From positions 192,001-256,000 of the forward strand of contig CAWGBN010000006.1 in NCBI GenBank assembly GCA_963820825.1: DNA of 64,000 nt, written 5' to 3'. The position numbers and the translations under genes were made by a program. The stretch is from Vulcanimicrobiota bacterium (GTDB taxonomy: Bacteria; Vulcanimicrobiota; Vulcanimicrobiia; Vulcanimicrobiales; Vulcanimicrobiaceae). The notes below the pieces were generated by a model. It was not told the DNA's origin. It saw nothing but the letters and a program-made list of their open reading frames with translations, and made no database searches. Positions 1-8,747 of this stretch are shown piece after piece (position 1 is the first letter of the stretch; every line of letters starts with the position of its first letter).

Positions 1-43
1 CGACGGCCGTCGCGATGTCCTTCGTAGCGCAGGTGAATCTCAT
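1..43 (-). CDS. dnaN: DNA polymerase III beta clamp, 5' fragment (runs off window)
   Basis: ATG at 43 with GGTGGA upstream gives MRFTCATKDIATAV, resembling DnaN N-termini; lies directly downstream of dnaA. Only 14 codons visible. Confidence 0.7.
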   Translation of the reverse strand, partial: MRFTCATKDIATAV

Positions 44-77
44 CGTTTCCACCGTTGGTCGTAAGCGCGAGTTTTCC

Positions 78-188
78 TAGTAGTAAAGAACGTAAGCCGT
101 AGTAGCAGTAGGGCGGTGTATTCTGCGGACAACTCGGTAAACGCTCGCCTTAGCCAGGGTTTTTACCTTTGGATAACCCTGTGGAATC
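78..188. other. oriC unwinding region (dnaA-dnaN intergenic): DnaA-trios, GC spacer and DnaA boxes
   Basis: TAG-TAG-CAG-TAG at 100-111 (also TAGTAGTAA 78-86), GGCGG 112-116, degenerate boxes TGTATTCTG/TGCGGACAA 117-132, TTTGGATAA 168-176, TGTGGAATC 180-188. Same order as the B. subtilis basal unwinding system. Confidence 0.75.
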
Positions 189-273
189 AGAGTCTACCCT
201 ATGCACCGTTCCACGGCTCGGGAGTATTCGGGGAAGTATTCGTACCGGCAGGCGCACCTTGTGGGCAGAGTGT

Positions 274-1626
274 TCAGGGACTCTGACACATAACGATGAG
301 CTGGCGAATCTTGTTTCGGTAGGCCTCGTCGCGCTGCATCTGCTCTTTAATTTTATCGCGCGCGTACATCACCGTCGTGTGATCTTTCTTTCCGAACTCG
401 CGAGCGATCTGCGGCAGTGAATAGGTCGTGAGCTCGGTCGCGATATACATCGCGATCTGCCGCGGTGCGGCGAGCCGTTGATCCCGCCGCCCGTTGTCCA
501 TCTCTTTGACGGTCAAGCCGTGGGCGCTCGAGACGGTCTCTTTGATCTTGGCGATCGTGATCCGGTAGAGGGGTGCCTGAGCGACCGCGCTCTTAAGTAC
601 GTCGGCGGCCAGGTCGGTGGTGATCGGCGCCTTGGTCAGCGAAGCGTATGCAATAACGCGGATTAAGGCCCCCTCGAGCTCGCGAATGTTCGACGGAATC
701 ACCTTAGCGATAAACGAGGTCACCTCGTCGGGCACCGGGATGTTCTCGCTCCCGGCCTTCTTTCGGAGAATCGCTTCGCGCGTCTCTAGGTCGGGCGCTT
801 GAATGTCGGTGAGCAATCCCCATTCGAAGCGCGAACGAAGCCGCGCCTCGAGCGTCTGGATCTCCTTGGGCGGACGATCGGACGAGATGATAAGCTGACG
901 TCCCGATTCATGCAGCGCGTTAAACGTATGGAAGAACTCTTCTTGCGTCGTCTCTTTGCCGGCGAGGAACTGGATGTCGTCGATCAGCAGAACGTCGACT
1001 TGCCGGTAGCGATTGCGAAACTCGGGCGTGCGATTATTTTGCAGCGCGATGATGAACTCGTTGGTGAACTTCTCGCAGGTGACGTAAACGACGTTCGCCG
1101 CGAGGTTATCCTGAATCACGCGATGGCCGATCGCATGCATCAGGTGCGTCTTCCCTAAGCCGACGCCGCCGTAGAGGAAGAGTGGGTTATATGCGTGCGC
1201 CGGTGCGCCGGCGACCGCTTGCGCCGCGGCGTGCGCGAACCGGTTTGAGTTGCCGACGACAAACTCTTCGAAAGTATAACGAGCATTAAGGTTCGCTGCG
1301 CGGAAATCCTCAAGCGGGCGTGGCTGTAGGCCGGCGCCGCTTGCTCGCACGCTTTCGTTCGGCTCGGCGACCGAGAGCCGAAGCTCCACGCTCGTCCCGA
1401 AGAGCTCGCTCAAGACGCCGATCATCTGCGAGCGCAGCTTCGTGCCGACCCAATCCTGCGCGAACTTGCTGTGAACGGCGAGATGGAGCTCGTTGCCGTG
1501 TAACGATATGAAGCGGATGGGCTTAATCCACATCTCGAAGACCGGCTTCGAAAATGTCCGTTCCAAGGTGTCGAGTGCGGACTGCCACTGCTCGTTGGAG
1601 ATATCGGAGTTGATCGCAAGCGCCAT
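274..1626 (-). CDS. dnaA: Chromosomal replication initiator DnaA
   Basis: YNPLFLYGGVGLGKTHL Walker A, LLIDDIQF Walker B, RLRSRF, and C-terminal DHTTVMYA DNA-binding motif. Confidence 0.99.
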   Translation of the reverse strand: MALAINSDISNEQWQSALDTLERTFSKPVFEMWIKPIRFISLHGNELHLAVHSKFAQDWVGTKLRSQMIGVLSELFGTSVELRLSVAEPNESVRASGAGLQPRPLEDFRAANLNARYTFEEFVVGNSNRFAHAAAQAVAGAPAHAYNPLFLYGGVGLGKTHLMHAIGHRVIQDNLAANVVYVTCEKFTNEFIIALQNNRTPEFRNRYRQVDVLLIDDIQFLAGKETTQEEFFHTFNALHESGRQLIISSDRPPKEIQTLEARLRSRFEWGLLTDIQAPDLETREAILRKKAGSENIPVPDEVTSFIAKVIPSNIRELEGALIRVIAYASLTKAPITTDLAADVLKSAVAQAPLYRITIAKIKETVSSAHGLTVKEMDNGRRDQRLAAPRQIAMYIATELTTYSLPQIAREFGKKDHTTVMYARDKIKEQMQRDEAYRNKIRQLIVMCQSP

Positions 1627-1755
1627 CCTGTGGTCCTCTTACAATAGCGTCTAGAAAAAGCACCACGCAGCGGACCCTTCCGATAGGAATTCGGGCTGCG
1701 CCACCCCCGTGAGGGCGCAACCACTTGGCTTAATGAAGCCTTGCTCCTGCGGATT

Positions 1756-1944
1756 CTATGCACGACTTTATACACTTATCCACAGATCAACGAGCACGCT
1801 ATTTCGCGGATTTTTCCGATTTATGAACGCCTATGACGGGAACCCGCACGAAGCTTGAATTCGTCGGCGGTATAAGGGCGGCTGGGGCTCCTAAACGTGG
1901 CTCAAGCCGACCTTCTCCACAACCTTGTCCACAGGTGTGGAAAG
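1756..1944. promoter_or_regulatory. DnaA-box cluster upstream of dnaA
   Basis: Perfect TTATCCACA 1776-1784; near matches TTATACACT 1768-1776, TTCTCCACA 1913-1921, TTGTCCACA 1925-1933, TGTGGAAAG 1936-1944. Confidence 0.85.
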
Positions 1945-1994
1945 GCGGGTCCAGCCGCAGGGAGCGAGCTAGCAAGCCAATGGCCCCCGAAGCC

Positions 1995-2205
1995 GGGTAG
2001 GTGACTCAAGTTTTTTGAATTGGCCGCTCGAAGCTGGAGGACCTGATCCCACCGAAACCCGCGAAACACTATCCAGCAAAGGACGACAATGGTTAAGACG
2101 GCCGGTGACCCGCCAACCTGGTCGTTGTGGGCACGGGGCGGACCGGCCGCTGCTTGGTAGTTGTACAGAGGGAGCACGGCCGGCCCGTCCGACACTCTTC
2201 TACCC
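1995..2205 (+). ncRNA. Candidate structured non-coding RNA, family unassigned
   Basis: Nested complementary pairs: 1995-2000/2200-2205, 2022-2029/2172-2181, 2068-2078/2151-2161 (contains a G-U pair), 2099-2106/2142-2149, 2110-2114/2137-2141. No convincing ORF. Confidence 0.45.
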
Positions 2206-2262
2206 TCGTTGCCCGGAGACCGGGCAAGGAGATGGCGCGGCGCCGCGCGGCCTCGCCCTCCG

Positions 2263-2290
2263 TTGCATTTTTGCTCGCCTTTGGTACAAT
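2263..2290 (+). promoter_or_regulatory. sigma70-type promoter of rpmA (near-leaderless)
   Basis: TTGCAT (2263-2268), 16 nt, TACAAT (2285-2290) with TG extension; ATG 9 nt downstream and no SD. Confidence 0.6.
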
Positions 2291-2299
2291 GGCCCGGCT

Positions 2300-2578
2300 A
2301 TGTTCGACTTCGATCTCCAGCTTTTTGCCTCGAAAAAGGGCGCCGGCTCAACCCGCAACGGCCGGGATTCCAATGCCCAGCGCCTTGGCGTGAAGCGTTT
2401 CGGCGGCGAGCGCGTCCTCGCCGGAAACATTATCGTCCGGCAGCGGGGTACGCGCTTCTATCCGGGCTCGAACGTCGGCATCGGCCGCGATCATACGCTC
2501 TTCGCGCTCACCGACGGAGTCGTGGAGTTCAGTAGTCACAGCGACCGCAAGCACGTTTCGATCGTACCGGCGGCGTAA
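2300..2578 (+). CDS. rpmA: 50S ribosomal protein L27 with N-terminal extension
   Basis: [36 protein letters not shown]...IIVRQRGT; true start is the ATG at 2300, not the ORF-track 2015. Confidence 0.97.
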   Translation: MFDFDLQLFASKKGAGSTRNGRDSNAQRLGVKRFGGERVLAGNIIVRQRGTRFYPGSNVGIGRDHTLFALTDGVVEFSSHSDRKHVSIVPAA

Positions 2579-2599
2579 CGTCGGCCGGTTCTCGCAAAC

Positions 2600-2624
2600 G
2601 GGGCCGTTTGGCCCCTTTTTGTTT
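2600..2624 (+). terminator. Intrinsic terminator after rpmA
   Basis: GGGGCC-GTTT-GGCCCC hairpin followed by TTTTTGTTT. Confidence 0.7.
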
Positions 2625-2644
2625 CGCGGCGAAGCGTAGCGGCC

Positions 2645-3910
2645 GTGCAGTTCATCGACGAAGCGACGATTACGGTCGCCGCGGGAGACGGCGGCGACGG
2701 CATCGTGGCGTGGCGTCGTGAGAAGTACGTGCCCAAAGGCGGCCCGGCCGGCGGCGACGGCGGTCACGGCGGAAGTATTTACATCGAAGCGACGCCCGAG
2801 CTCTCGACGCTCGTCGAGTTTCGATTTCGCCGGAGCTTCTCGGCCGAGTCCGGCAAACCGGGCGGCACGTCGAACAAATCGGGTCGCAGCGGCGAGGATT
2901 TAACCGTTGCCGTTCCGGTTGGGACGCTCGTCTTCAAGATTCGTGATGACGGCGATGAGGAGGCCGTCGCCGATCTCAACCGAGCCGGTGCGCGCGTCGT
3001 CGTCGCAAGAGGCGGGCGCGGCGGCCTCGGCAATCAACACTTTGCAACGAGCGTTCGTCAGGCGCCGCGTTTCTCCGAAAATGGTGAGCCCGGCGAACGC
3101 TTGACGTTGCGTCTCGAACTGCGGCTGCTCGCCGACTGCGGGATCATCGGCGTTCCCAACGCCGGAAAGTCGACGTTGCTCTCGGTGGTCTCGGCGGCGC
3201 GTCCGAAGATCGCAGATTATCCGTTTACGACGCTCGAACCGCAGCTCGGCGTCGTGCGCGTTTCGGAAGACGAGTCGTTCGTCATGGTCGACGTCCCCGG
3301 TTTGGTCGAGGGAGCGCACGCAGGAGTCGGGTTGGGCGACCAGTTCCTCAAGCACGTCGAACGTACGCGCGCGCTGGTGCACTTGCTCGATGGAGCAAAG
3401 CCGCTCGACGAGATCCTCGCCGAGAAAGCGACGATCGAGAGCGAGCTCGCCGCCTGGAATCCGCGGTTGCGCGAAAAGCCGACGCTGCTCGCGATCAACA
3501 AGCTCGATCTGCCCGACGCGCGCGAGTCGTTCGTGCAACTACAGCAGCGCTTCCCGGAAATTCGGGGAATCAGCGCGGCAACCGGCGAGGGCGTACGCGA
3601 TTTGATCCTTGCGATTGCACGAACGATCGAGCGCGCTCCGATGCCCGGGGTCGTCTCGCCCGCGCCTGCCCGCATCGAGCTCACCGCACCCGACGCGTTC
3701 CGGATCGAACGCGATCCCGACGGGAGCTTCGTGATCTCGGGCGAGCGCGTCGAGCGGCTCGCGGCGATGACGAACTTCGAATCGGATGAGGCTTTGGCGC
3801 GCTTCGAGCGCGCGCTGGAGCGGATGGGGGTCGAGAAACGGCTGAGCGAGCTCGGGGCGGTCGAAGGGGATACCGTGCGCATCGGGCCGTACGAGTTTAC
3901 TTACTCATGA
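2645..3910 (+). CDS. obgE: GTPase ObgE/CgtA with C-terminal OCT (DUF1967) domain
   Basis: Gly-rich Obg fold (GGPAGGDGGHGG), GVPNAGKST, DYPFTTL, DVPG, NKLD; C-terminal GDTVRIG. Confidence 0.98.
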   Translation: MQFIDEATITVAAGDGGDGIVAWRREKYVPKGGPAGGDGGHGGSIYIEATPELSTLVEFRFRRSFSAESGKPGGTSNKSGRSGEDLTVAVPVGTLVFKIRDDGDEEAVADLNRAGARVVVARGGRGGLGNQHFATSVRQAPRFSENGEPGERLTLRLELRLLADCGIIGVPNAGKSTLLSVVSAARPKIADYPFTTLEPQLGVVRVSEDESFVMVDVPGLVEGAHAGVGLGDQFLKHVERTRALVHLLDGAKPLDEILAEKATIESELAAWNPRLREKPTLLAINKLDLPDARESFVQLQQRFPEIRGISAATGEGVRDLILAIARTIERAPMPGVVSPAPARIELTAPDAFRIERDPDGSFVISGERVERLAAMTNFESDEALARFERALERMGVEKRLSELGAVEGDTVRIGPYEFTYS

Positions 3911-4524
3911 GAGTCGGCGTCTTCGGCGGTACGTTCGATCCGATTCACAACGCGCATTGCTTCGTTGCGGAGTCGGCGCGTCTGCTCGAGCGGCTCGACC
4001 GCGTGCTCTTCGTTCCGACCGGCACCCATCACTATCGCAACAAGGCGCAGGCCGATGCGGCGCACCGCTGCGCGATGATTCTCGGCGCGATCGAAAGCAA
4101 CGACGCATTCGAGCTCGACGATACCGATCTGCGCGAGAAGGCGAGCGGCTACACCGCCGACCTCCTGCCGCTGCTGCACGCAAAGTATCCGGACTCGAGT
4201 TTTACCTTCATCATCGGTGCCGATTCGCTGGTCAACGCGAACTGGGTTCGGCTCGACGAGGTCGTCGAATCGCTCGAGCGGTTCGTGATCGCGCCGCGTG
4301 CCGGCGTGCAGTGGGACGCGCTCGCGCGCGTTATCGATGCGATCGCGCCGGCGCTGCGCGAGCGCGTCGCAACGCTCAACCTTCCGGAGATACCGGAATC
4401 GGCCAGTCTGGTCCGCAGCCTGCTGGCGCAAGGACGGAGCGTTCGATATCTCGTTCCCGAGCCGGTCTGGCGGTACGTCGTCGCGCACCGGCTCTACGGC
4501 TTTACCGGCGATGGCGCGGCGTAG
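3907..4524 (+). CDS. nadD: Nicotinate-nucleotide adenylyltransferase
   Basis: GVFGGTFDPIHNAH, FIIGADS, SASLVR motifs; ATGA overlap with obgE. Confidence 0.93.
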   Translation: MRVGVFGGTFDPIHNAHCFVAESARLLERLDRVLFVPTGTHHYRNKAQADAAHRCAMILGAIESNDAFELDDTDLREKASGYTADLLPLLHAKYPDSSFTFIIGADSLVNANWVRLDEVVESLERFVIAPRAGVQWDALARVIDAIAPALRERVATLNLPEIPESASLVRSLLAQGRSVRYLVPEPVWRYVVAHRLYGFTGDGAA

Positions 4525-4930
4525 CGCGAGCATCGCACTCGGTGCGTTGCTGGCGGTCGCAGCATCGGGATGCTCGACGACGCAGTCGCCGGACGATGGC
4601 GCCCTCTGCGACGCGTACACGTCGGGGCGCTCGCACGTCGAAGTGGTTGCCGACGGAACGGTAACGCGCGTCTTGGGCATGCAGCAAGGGCGCGTGAGTC
4701 CGCACGAAGGCTTCCTCTTCCGGCTCGCCTCCGGCTGCGACGTCATCGTTCGCGTCGAGGCGAACACCAATTTTACGGGTCCGATTCCGATTACGCAGGG
4801 CGCTCGCGTCACCGTCAAGGGCGAGTACGAATACTATCCGCTCGGCGGCGTGATTCACTGGACGCATCGCGACCCGCGCGGCCGCCACGAAGGCGGCTAC
4901 ATCGAGACCGGCGGCAAGCTCTATTTCTAG
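4511..4930 (+). CDS. DUF3465-like lipoprotein
   Basis: Lipobox-like AASGC after a hydrophobic stretch; GEYEY..GGVIHWTHRDP.GRHEGGYI C-terminal motif. Start reassigned to ATG 4511. Confidence 0.75.
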   Translation: MARRSASIALGALLAVAASGCSTTQSPDDGALCDAYTSGRSHVEVVADGTVTRVLGMQQGRVSPHEGFLFRLASGCDVIVRVEANTNFTGPIPITQGARVTVKGEYEYYPLGGVIHWTHRDPRGRHEGGYIETGGKLYF

Positions 4931-4931
4931 C

Positions 4932-5540
4932 GTGCCGCTCGCGCGAATCGTTCTGGCGAGCGCGTCGCCTCGCCGCAACGAGCTCTTGCGCTCGCTCGGC
5001 CTTGCCGTCGAGGTGGCGGCCACGGGCTACGATGAGGCGCCGGTGCCGCTGCCGCCCGCCGAGCTCGCGAGCTTTCACGCCGCGGCAAAGCTGCGAGCGG
5101 CGATGGCGCGCCGGCCTCAGCTCGAGGATCTGATGCTCGCCGCCGACACCGTGGTCGACCTGGACGGCACCGCGCTTGGAAAGCCTCAGGACCCGGGCGA
5201 AGCCGTTGCCATGCTGACGAGTCTTTCGGGGCGGGAGCATCTCGTCCACACCGCGTTCGCGCTCGCGATTCCGGGCAGCGACTCGCCGACGGAGGAGCGT
5301 GCAACGACGCGCGTGCGCTTCTATCGGCTCCAACCCGAGGAGATCGACGTCTACGTAGCGAGCGGAGAGCCGTTCGACAAGGCGGGCGGCTACGGAATTC
5401 AGGGAGGAGCGGCGGCGTTGGTCGAGGCGATCGACGGCGACTTTTACACCGTGATGGGCTTGCCGCTGGGCCGATTGGTTCGCGCGTTGCGACGGTTAGG
5501 ATTCGCCCTCCCGGTACCGAATCAAGCGCGCCTGGCATAG
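4932..5540 (+). CDS. maf: Maf-family nucleoside triphosphate pyrophosphatase
   Basis: LASASPRR, AADTVV, GKP, DKAGGYGIQG, VMGLP. Confidence 0.95.
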   Translation: MPLARIVLASASPRRNELLRSLGLAVEVAATGYDEAPVPLPPAELASFHAAAKLRAAMARRPQLEDLMLAADTVVDLDGTALGKPQDPGEAVAMLTSLSGREHLVHTAFALAIPGSDSPTEERATTRVRFYRLQPEEIDVYVASGEPFDKAGGYGIQGGAAALVEAIDGDFYTVMGLPLGRLVRALRRLGFALPVPNQARLA

Positions 5541-5577
5541 CCGTTTCCGCCGCACCGTAGAAATTCGGGGTCGAACA

Positions 5578-6381
5578 ATCTTTACGTATCGAGACGAACG
5601 CAGAATCTTCGCGCTGATCGCCATCATCATCGTTGCGGCGCTCTTGGCGCTGCTGCAGATCGGCGCGCAACGCTCGGGTTCGGTCAGTCCGATCGCGACG
5701 GTCGCGAGTTCGCTCTTCGGCGTCGCCGAAACGGCGGTCGTCGCCACCGTGCGTGCCGTCCGCGCCGCCGGAACCGCGGTGCTCGCGCTACCCGGTCTGG
5801 AATCGGAGAATGCCGCGCTGCGCGCCCGAAATCGCCTGCTGACGCAGGAGAATGCGCGGCTGCACGAGCTGGCGGCCGCTTACGCCGCCGAGAGCGCGGT
5901 GCGTCCGGTCGTCGATCTCTATCACGGGGTCGAGGCGCGCGTCATCGGCTTTCCGCCCGAGAACGAGTCGCGTTCGGTGACGATCGACAAAGGGTCGCGT
6001 CAAGGCGTGCGCCGCAACGACGGCGTGCTCGCTGCCGACGGCGTGGTCGGCCGCATCTCGGCAGTCGGACCGTTCTCGAGTACCGTCGTCCTTGCCACCG
6101 ATTACACGAGTCGCCTTCCGGCGATCGTGCGGCGAGGACGCTGGTGGGGCATCGCGCGCGGCAATCTCACCAGCATCGTCGTGGAGTACATTCCGCAGGA
6201 TGCACCGCTGCACGTCGGGGACGTCGTCGTAACCGGAGAGGGCCGATCGTTTCACTCCGGCGTTCCGATCGGCGAAGTGAGCTCGATCGAGCGCGGCGAC
6301 GCGACGCTCTATCAAACCGCCGTCTTGAAGACGTTCGTCGATTTCGGTGCGCTCGATCGCGTTGTCGTCGTCTCGCAGTAA
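5578..6381 (+). CDS. mreC: Rod shape-determining protein MreC
   Basis: N-terminal TM, coiled coil (LESENAALR..ENARL), IDKGS..GV, GDVVVTG, GVPIG. The full TM requires a start upstream of 5644; ATC at 5578 proposed. Confidence 0.9.
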   Translation: MFTYRDERRIFALIAIIIVAALLALLQIGAQRSGSVSPIATVASSLFGVAETAVVATVRAVRAAGTAVLALPGLESENAALRARNRLLTQENARLHELAAAYAAESAVRPVVDLYHGVEARVIGFPPENESRSVTIDKGSRQGVRRNDGVLAADGVVGRISAVGPFSSTVVLATDYTSRLPAIVRRGRWWGIARGNLTSIVVEYIPQDAPLHVGDVVVTGEGRSFHSGVPIGEVSSIERGDATLYQTAVLKTFVDFGALDRVVVVSQ

Positions 6382-6889
6382 GCCGCACGAAGCACCCTTT
6401 GTCGGGCCGCCCTGGTATGTAGCCGGGGCGTGGCTCGTCGGCGCGGTCGTGGCCCAGGCGACGGTCGTGCATTACCTGGCCGTGCGCGGCGTCGTGCCGA
6501 GCTTCGTCTTGGCCGTCGTCGTCTGGTATGCGATTCGAGTCGACGTTCGCCGCGCCGCGCTCTACGGTTTGGTCGCCGGCCTCTGCGAAGACGCGCTCTC
6601 GTCGCAGACCGGTGCGGCATGGACGATCTCGACCTGCATCAGCGCGTTGCTCGCCGGCGTTCTCTCGCGCGGATTCTTTGCCGACTCGATTCCGCTGGCG
6701 ACCGCCATTACCGTCGTCGCGACGCTCGTGCGCGCGCTGCTCTTCTGGGTCGTGATGGCACTTGCCGGATATCCGTCGGGCCTGGGTTCGATGCATTTTC
6801 GCGAGGCGCTGTTCCAAGCGGTCCTCAACGCGGCGGTAATTCTCGCAGCGATGCTCGTCGTTCGCCGCCTCGACGTATCGCGCACGTGA
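6347..6889 (+). CDS. mreD: Rod shape-determining protein MreD
   Basis: Multi-TM protein with VVPSFVL and GLVAGLCEDALS, located between mreC and PBP2; start uncertain. Confidence 0.88.
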   Translation: MRSIALSSSRSKPHEAPFVGPPWYVAGAWLVGAVVAQATVVHYLAVRGVVPSFVLAVVVWYAIRVDVRRAALYGLVAGLCEDALSSQTGAAWTISTCISALLAGVLSRGFFADSIPLATAITVVATLVRALLFWVVMALAGYPSGLGSMHFREALFQAVLNAAVILAAMLVVRRLDVSRT

Positions 6890-8736
6890 GCTCCGTGCGG
6901 CCGCCGCGGCCGAAGGCGTGGCAGGTTCCGGGCTGGCGCCTCGCCGCGTTCTGTGCGGTGGTTGCACTCGCGCTGATCGCGCTCGTGGTGCGGCTCGTGC
7001 AAGTGCAACTCATCGACGGCGCGCGCTATCGTGCGGCAGCGCAGGAGAATCAGGTCCGGTTGATTCCCGTCGCCGCGCCGCGGGGAATGATCTTCGATCG
7101 GCACGGCGCCGTGGTCGCACGCAGCCGTCCCTCGTTCGTCGTCGGTTTGATCCCGTCGGAGGTGACCGATGCGCCGCGCGAGCTCGCAACGCTGGCGAAT
7201 ATTCTCGGTGCCGGCACGCAGCCGATCTGGTACCGCCTGCTGCACCATCGCGGGATCAACTATTCGAGCTTCGACGAGGTCGTCGCAAACGAGCCCTACG
7301 GGCCGATTATCCTGGCACGGAACTTGCCGGTTGCCGCGGTCGCGCGGCTCTCGGAGGTGCTCAACGATCTTCCCGGCGTCGATCTGGAAGCGGAACCGGT
7401 GCGCGATTATCCGCAGGGTTCGATGGGCTCGCACCTCGTCGGTTACGTCGGCGCGATCACGCAAGAGGAGTACGAGCGTCTCAAATACGCCGGCTACTCA
7501 CCCAACGACGTGATCGGCAAGGACGGCTTGGAGTTCACGTACGACAAGTATTTGCGCGGAACGCCCGGTGGCCAGCGAGTCGTGGTCGACGCTGCGGGGG
7601 CGGTCGTGGCGAACGTCAAGCTCGCCTCGAAGGCTGCGGTACCCGGCGATACGCTCCTCACCAATCTCGATTGGCGATTGCAACGGATCGTCGAAGAGGC
7701 GCTCGCCGACGGAATCCGCGGGCGCAACCGCGCGCTCTCCGGCGCGGTCGTCGCCGAGGATCCGTGGACCGGAGGCATTCTCGCGCTCGCGAGCTATCCG
7801 AACTACAATCCCAACGACTTCACCGGCGATCGCTGGAAACGCATCGCCATCGACCTTACCGACCCGCGCCAACCGCTCTTCGATCGGGCGATCGCGGCCG
7901 CGACGCCGACGGGTTCGACCTTCAAAATGGTTACCGGCTCGGCCGCCCTGACCGAGGGCGTCGTGAAAGTCGATCAAGTGATCGACGACACCGGAGGCTG
8001 GAATTGCGGCGGGTACTACGCGCGCGACATCGCCGCCGGCGGTCTCGGCAACACGACCTTCGTGCCGGCGCTGGCGGCATCGAGCGACGGCTACTTCTTC
8101 CGCCTAGCATGGTGGCTGGGAAACGCGCGGCTGCGCAAGTACGCACTCGCCTTCGGTCTCAATGCAAAGACGGGCGTCGATCTCCCGGGCGAAAACGAGG
8201 GAAACTGGCCGACGAACGCCTGGGAGATGCGCGTCTTCGGCGTGCCGATGGAGCCGAGCGAGGCATGCTTCTTGGGCATCGGCCAAGGGGCGATGCAAGC
8301 GACGCCGCTGCAGATAACCAACGTCGCGTCGGCGGTGATCAACGGCGGGACGCTCTATCGCCCACGGGTGGTTCGCGAGATTCGCAGTCCGCGCGGAGAG
8401 ACCATCGCCCGGTTCGGGCCGCAGGTTATTCGCCGCGTTCCGGTCAGCGCGTCGTCGCTTGCCGCGGTGCGCTTGGGGATGGCGCGCGTTACCGATCCTG
8501 GCGGCACGGCCTATGGCTTAGCGATCGACGGTCTGCCGTTTTCGGGCAAGACCGGTACCGTTGAAACGGCGAATGGCAACGGCCCGAATACGACCTGGTT
8601 CGTCGCCTGGGCGCCGACCGCGCATCCGCGTCTGGCGCTCGCCGTTTTCGTCGATCGCAGCGGTGGTTACGGCGCGACCGTTGCCGCGCCGATCGCGCGC
8701 GAGATACTCGTCAAGTACTTCAACAAGAAACCGTAG
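6886..8736 (+). CDS. mrdA: Penicillin-binding protein 2 (elongation transpeptidase)
   Basis: N-terminal TM, APRGMIFDRHG, STFK (SxxK), SSD (SxN variant), KTG; GTGA overlap with mreD. Confidence 0.95.
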   Translation: MSSVRPPRPKAWQVPGWRLAAFCAVVALALIALVVRLVQVQLIDGARYRAAAQENQVRLIPVAAPRGMIFDRHGAVVARSRPSFVVGLIPSEVTDAPRELATLANILGAGTQPIWYRLLHHRGINYSSFDEVVANEPYGPIILARNLPVAAVARLSEVLNDLPGVDLEAEPVRDYPQGSMGSHLVGYVGAITQEEYERLKYAGYSPNDVIGKDGLEFTYDKYLRGTPGGQRVVVDAAGAVVANVKLASKAAVPGDTLLTNLDWRLQRIVEEALADGIRGRNRALSGAVVAEDPWTGGILALASYPNYNPNDFTGDRWKRIAIDLTDPRQPLFDRAIAAATPTGSTFKMVTGSAALTEGVVKVDQVIDDTGGWNCGGYYARDIAAGGLGNTTFVPALAASSDGYFFRLAWWLGNARLRKYALAFGLNAKTGVDLPGENEGNWPTNAWEMRVFGVPMEPSEACFLGIGQGAMQATPLQITNVASAVINGGTLYRPRVVREIRSPRGETIARFGPQVIRRVPVSASSLAAVRLGMARVTDPGGTAYGLAIDGLPFSGKTGTVETANGNGPNTTWFVAWAPTAHPRLALAVFVDRSGGYGATVAAPIAREILVKYFNKKP

Positions 8737-8747
8737 CCGCGCCGCCG

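Noticed and set aside
1983..2008. Resemblance of GTCACCTACCCGGCTTCGGGGGCC (minus strand) to IS200/IS605/IscB ends
   Set aside because: Short and imperfect, with no tnpA, tnpB or iscB nearby.
2015..2299. 95-aa N-terminal extension of L27 in the ORF track
   Set aside because: A promoter lies directly before ATG 2300; the upstream frame is not protein-like and overlaps the RNA candidate.
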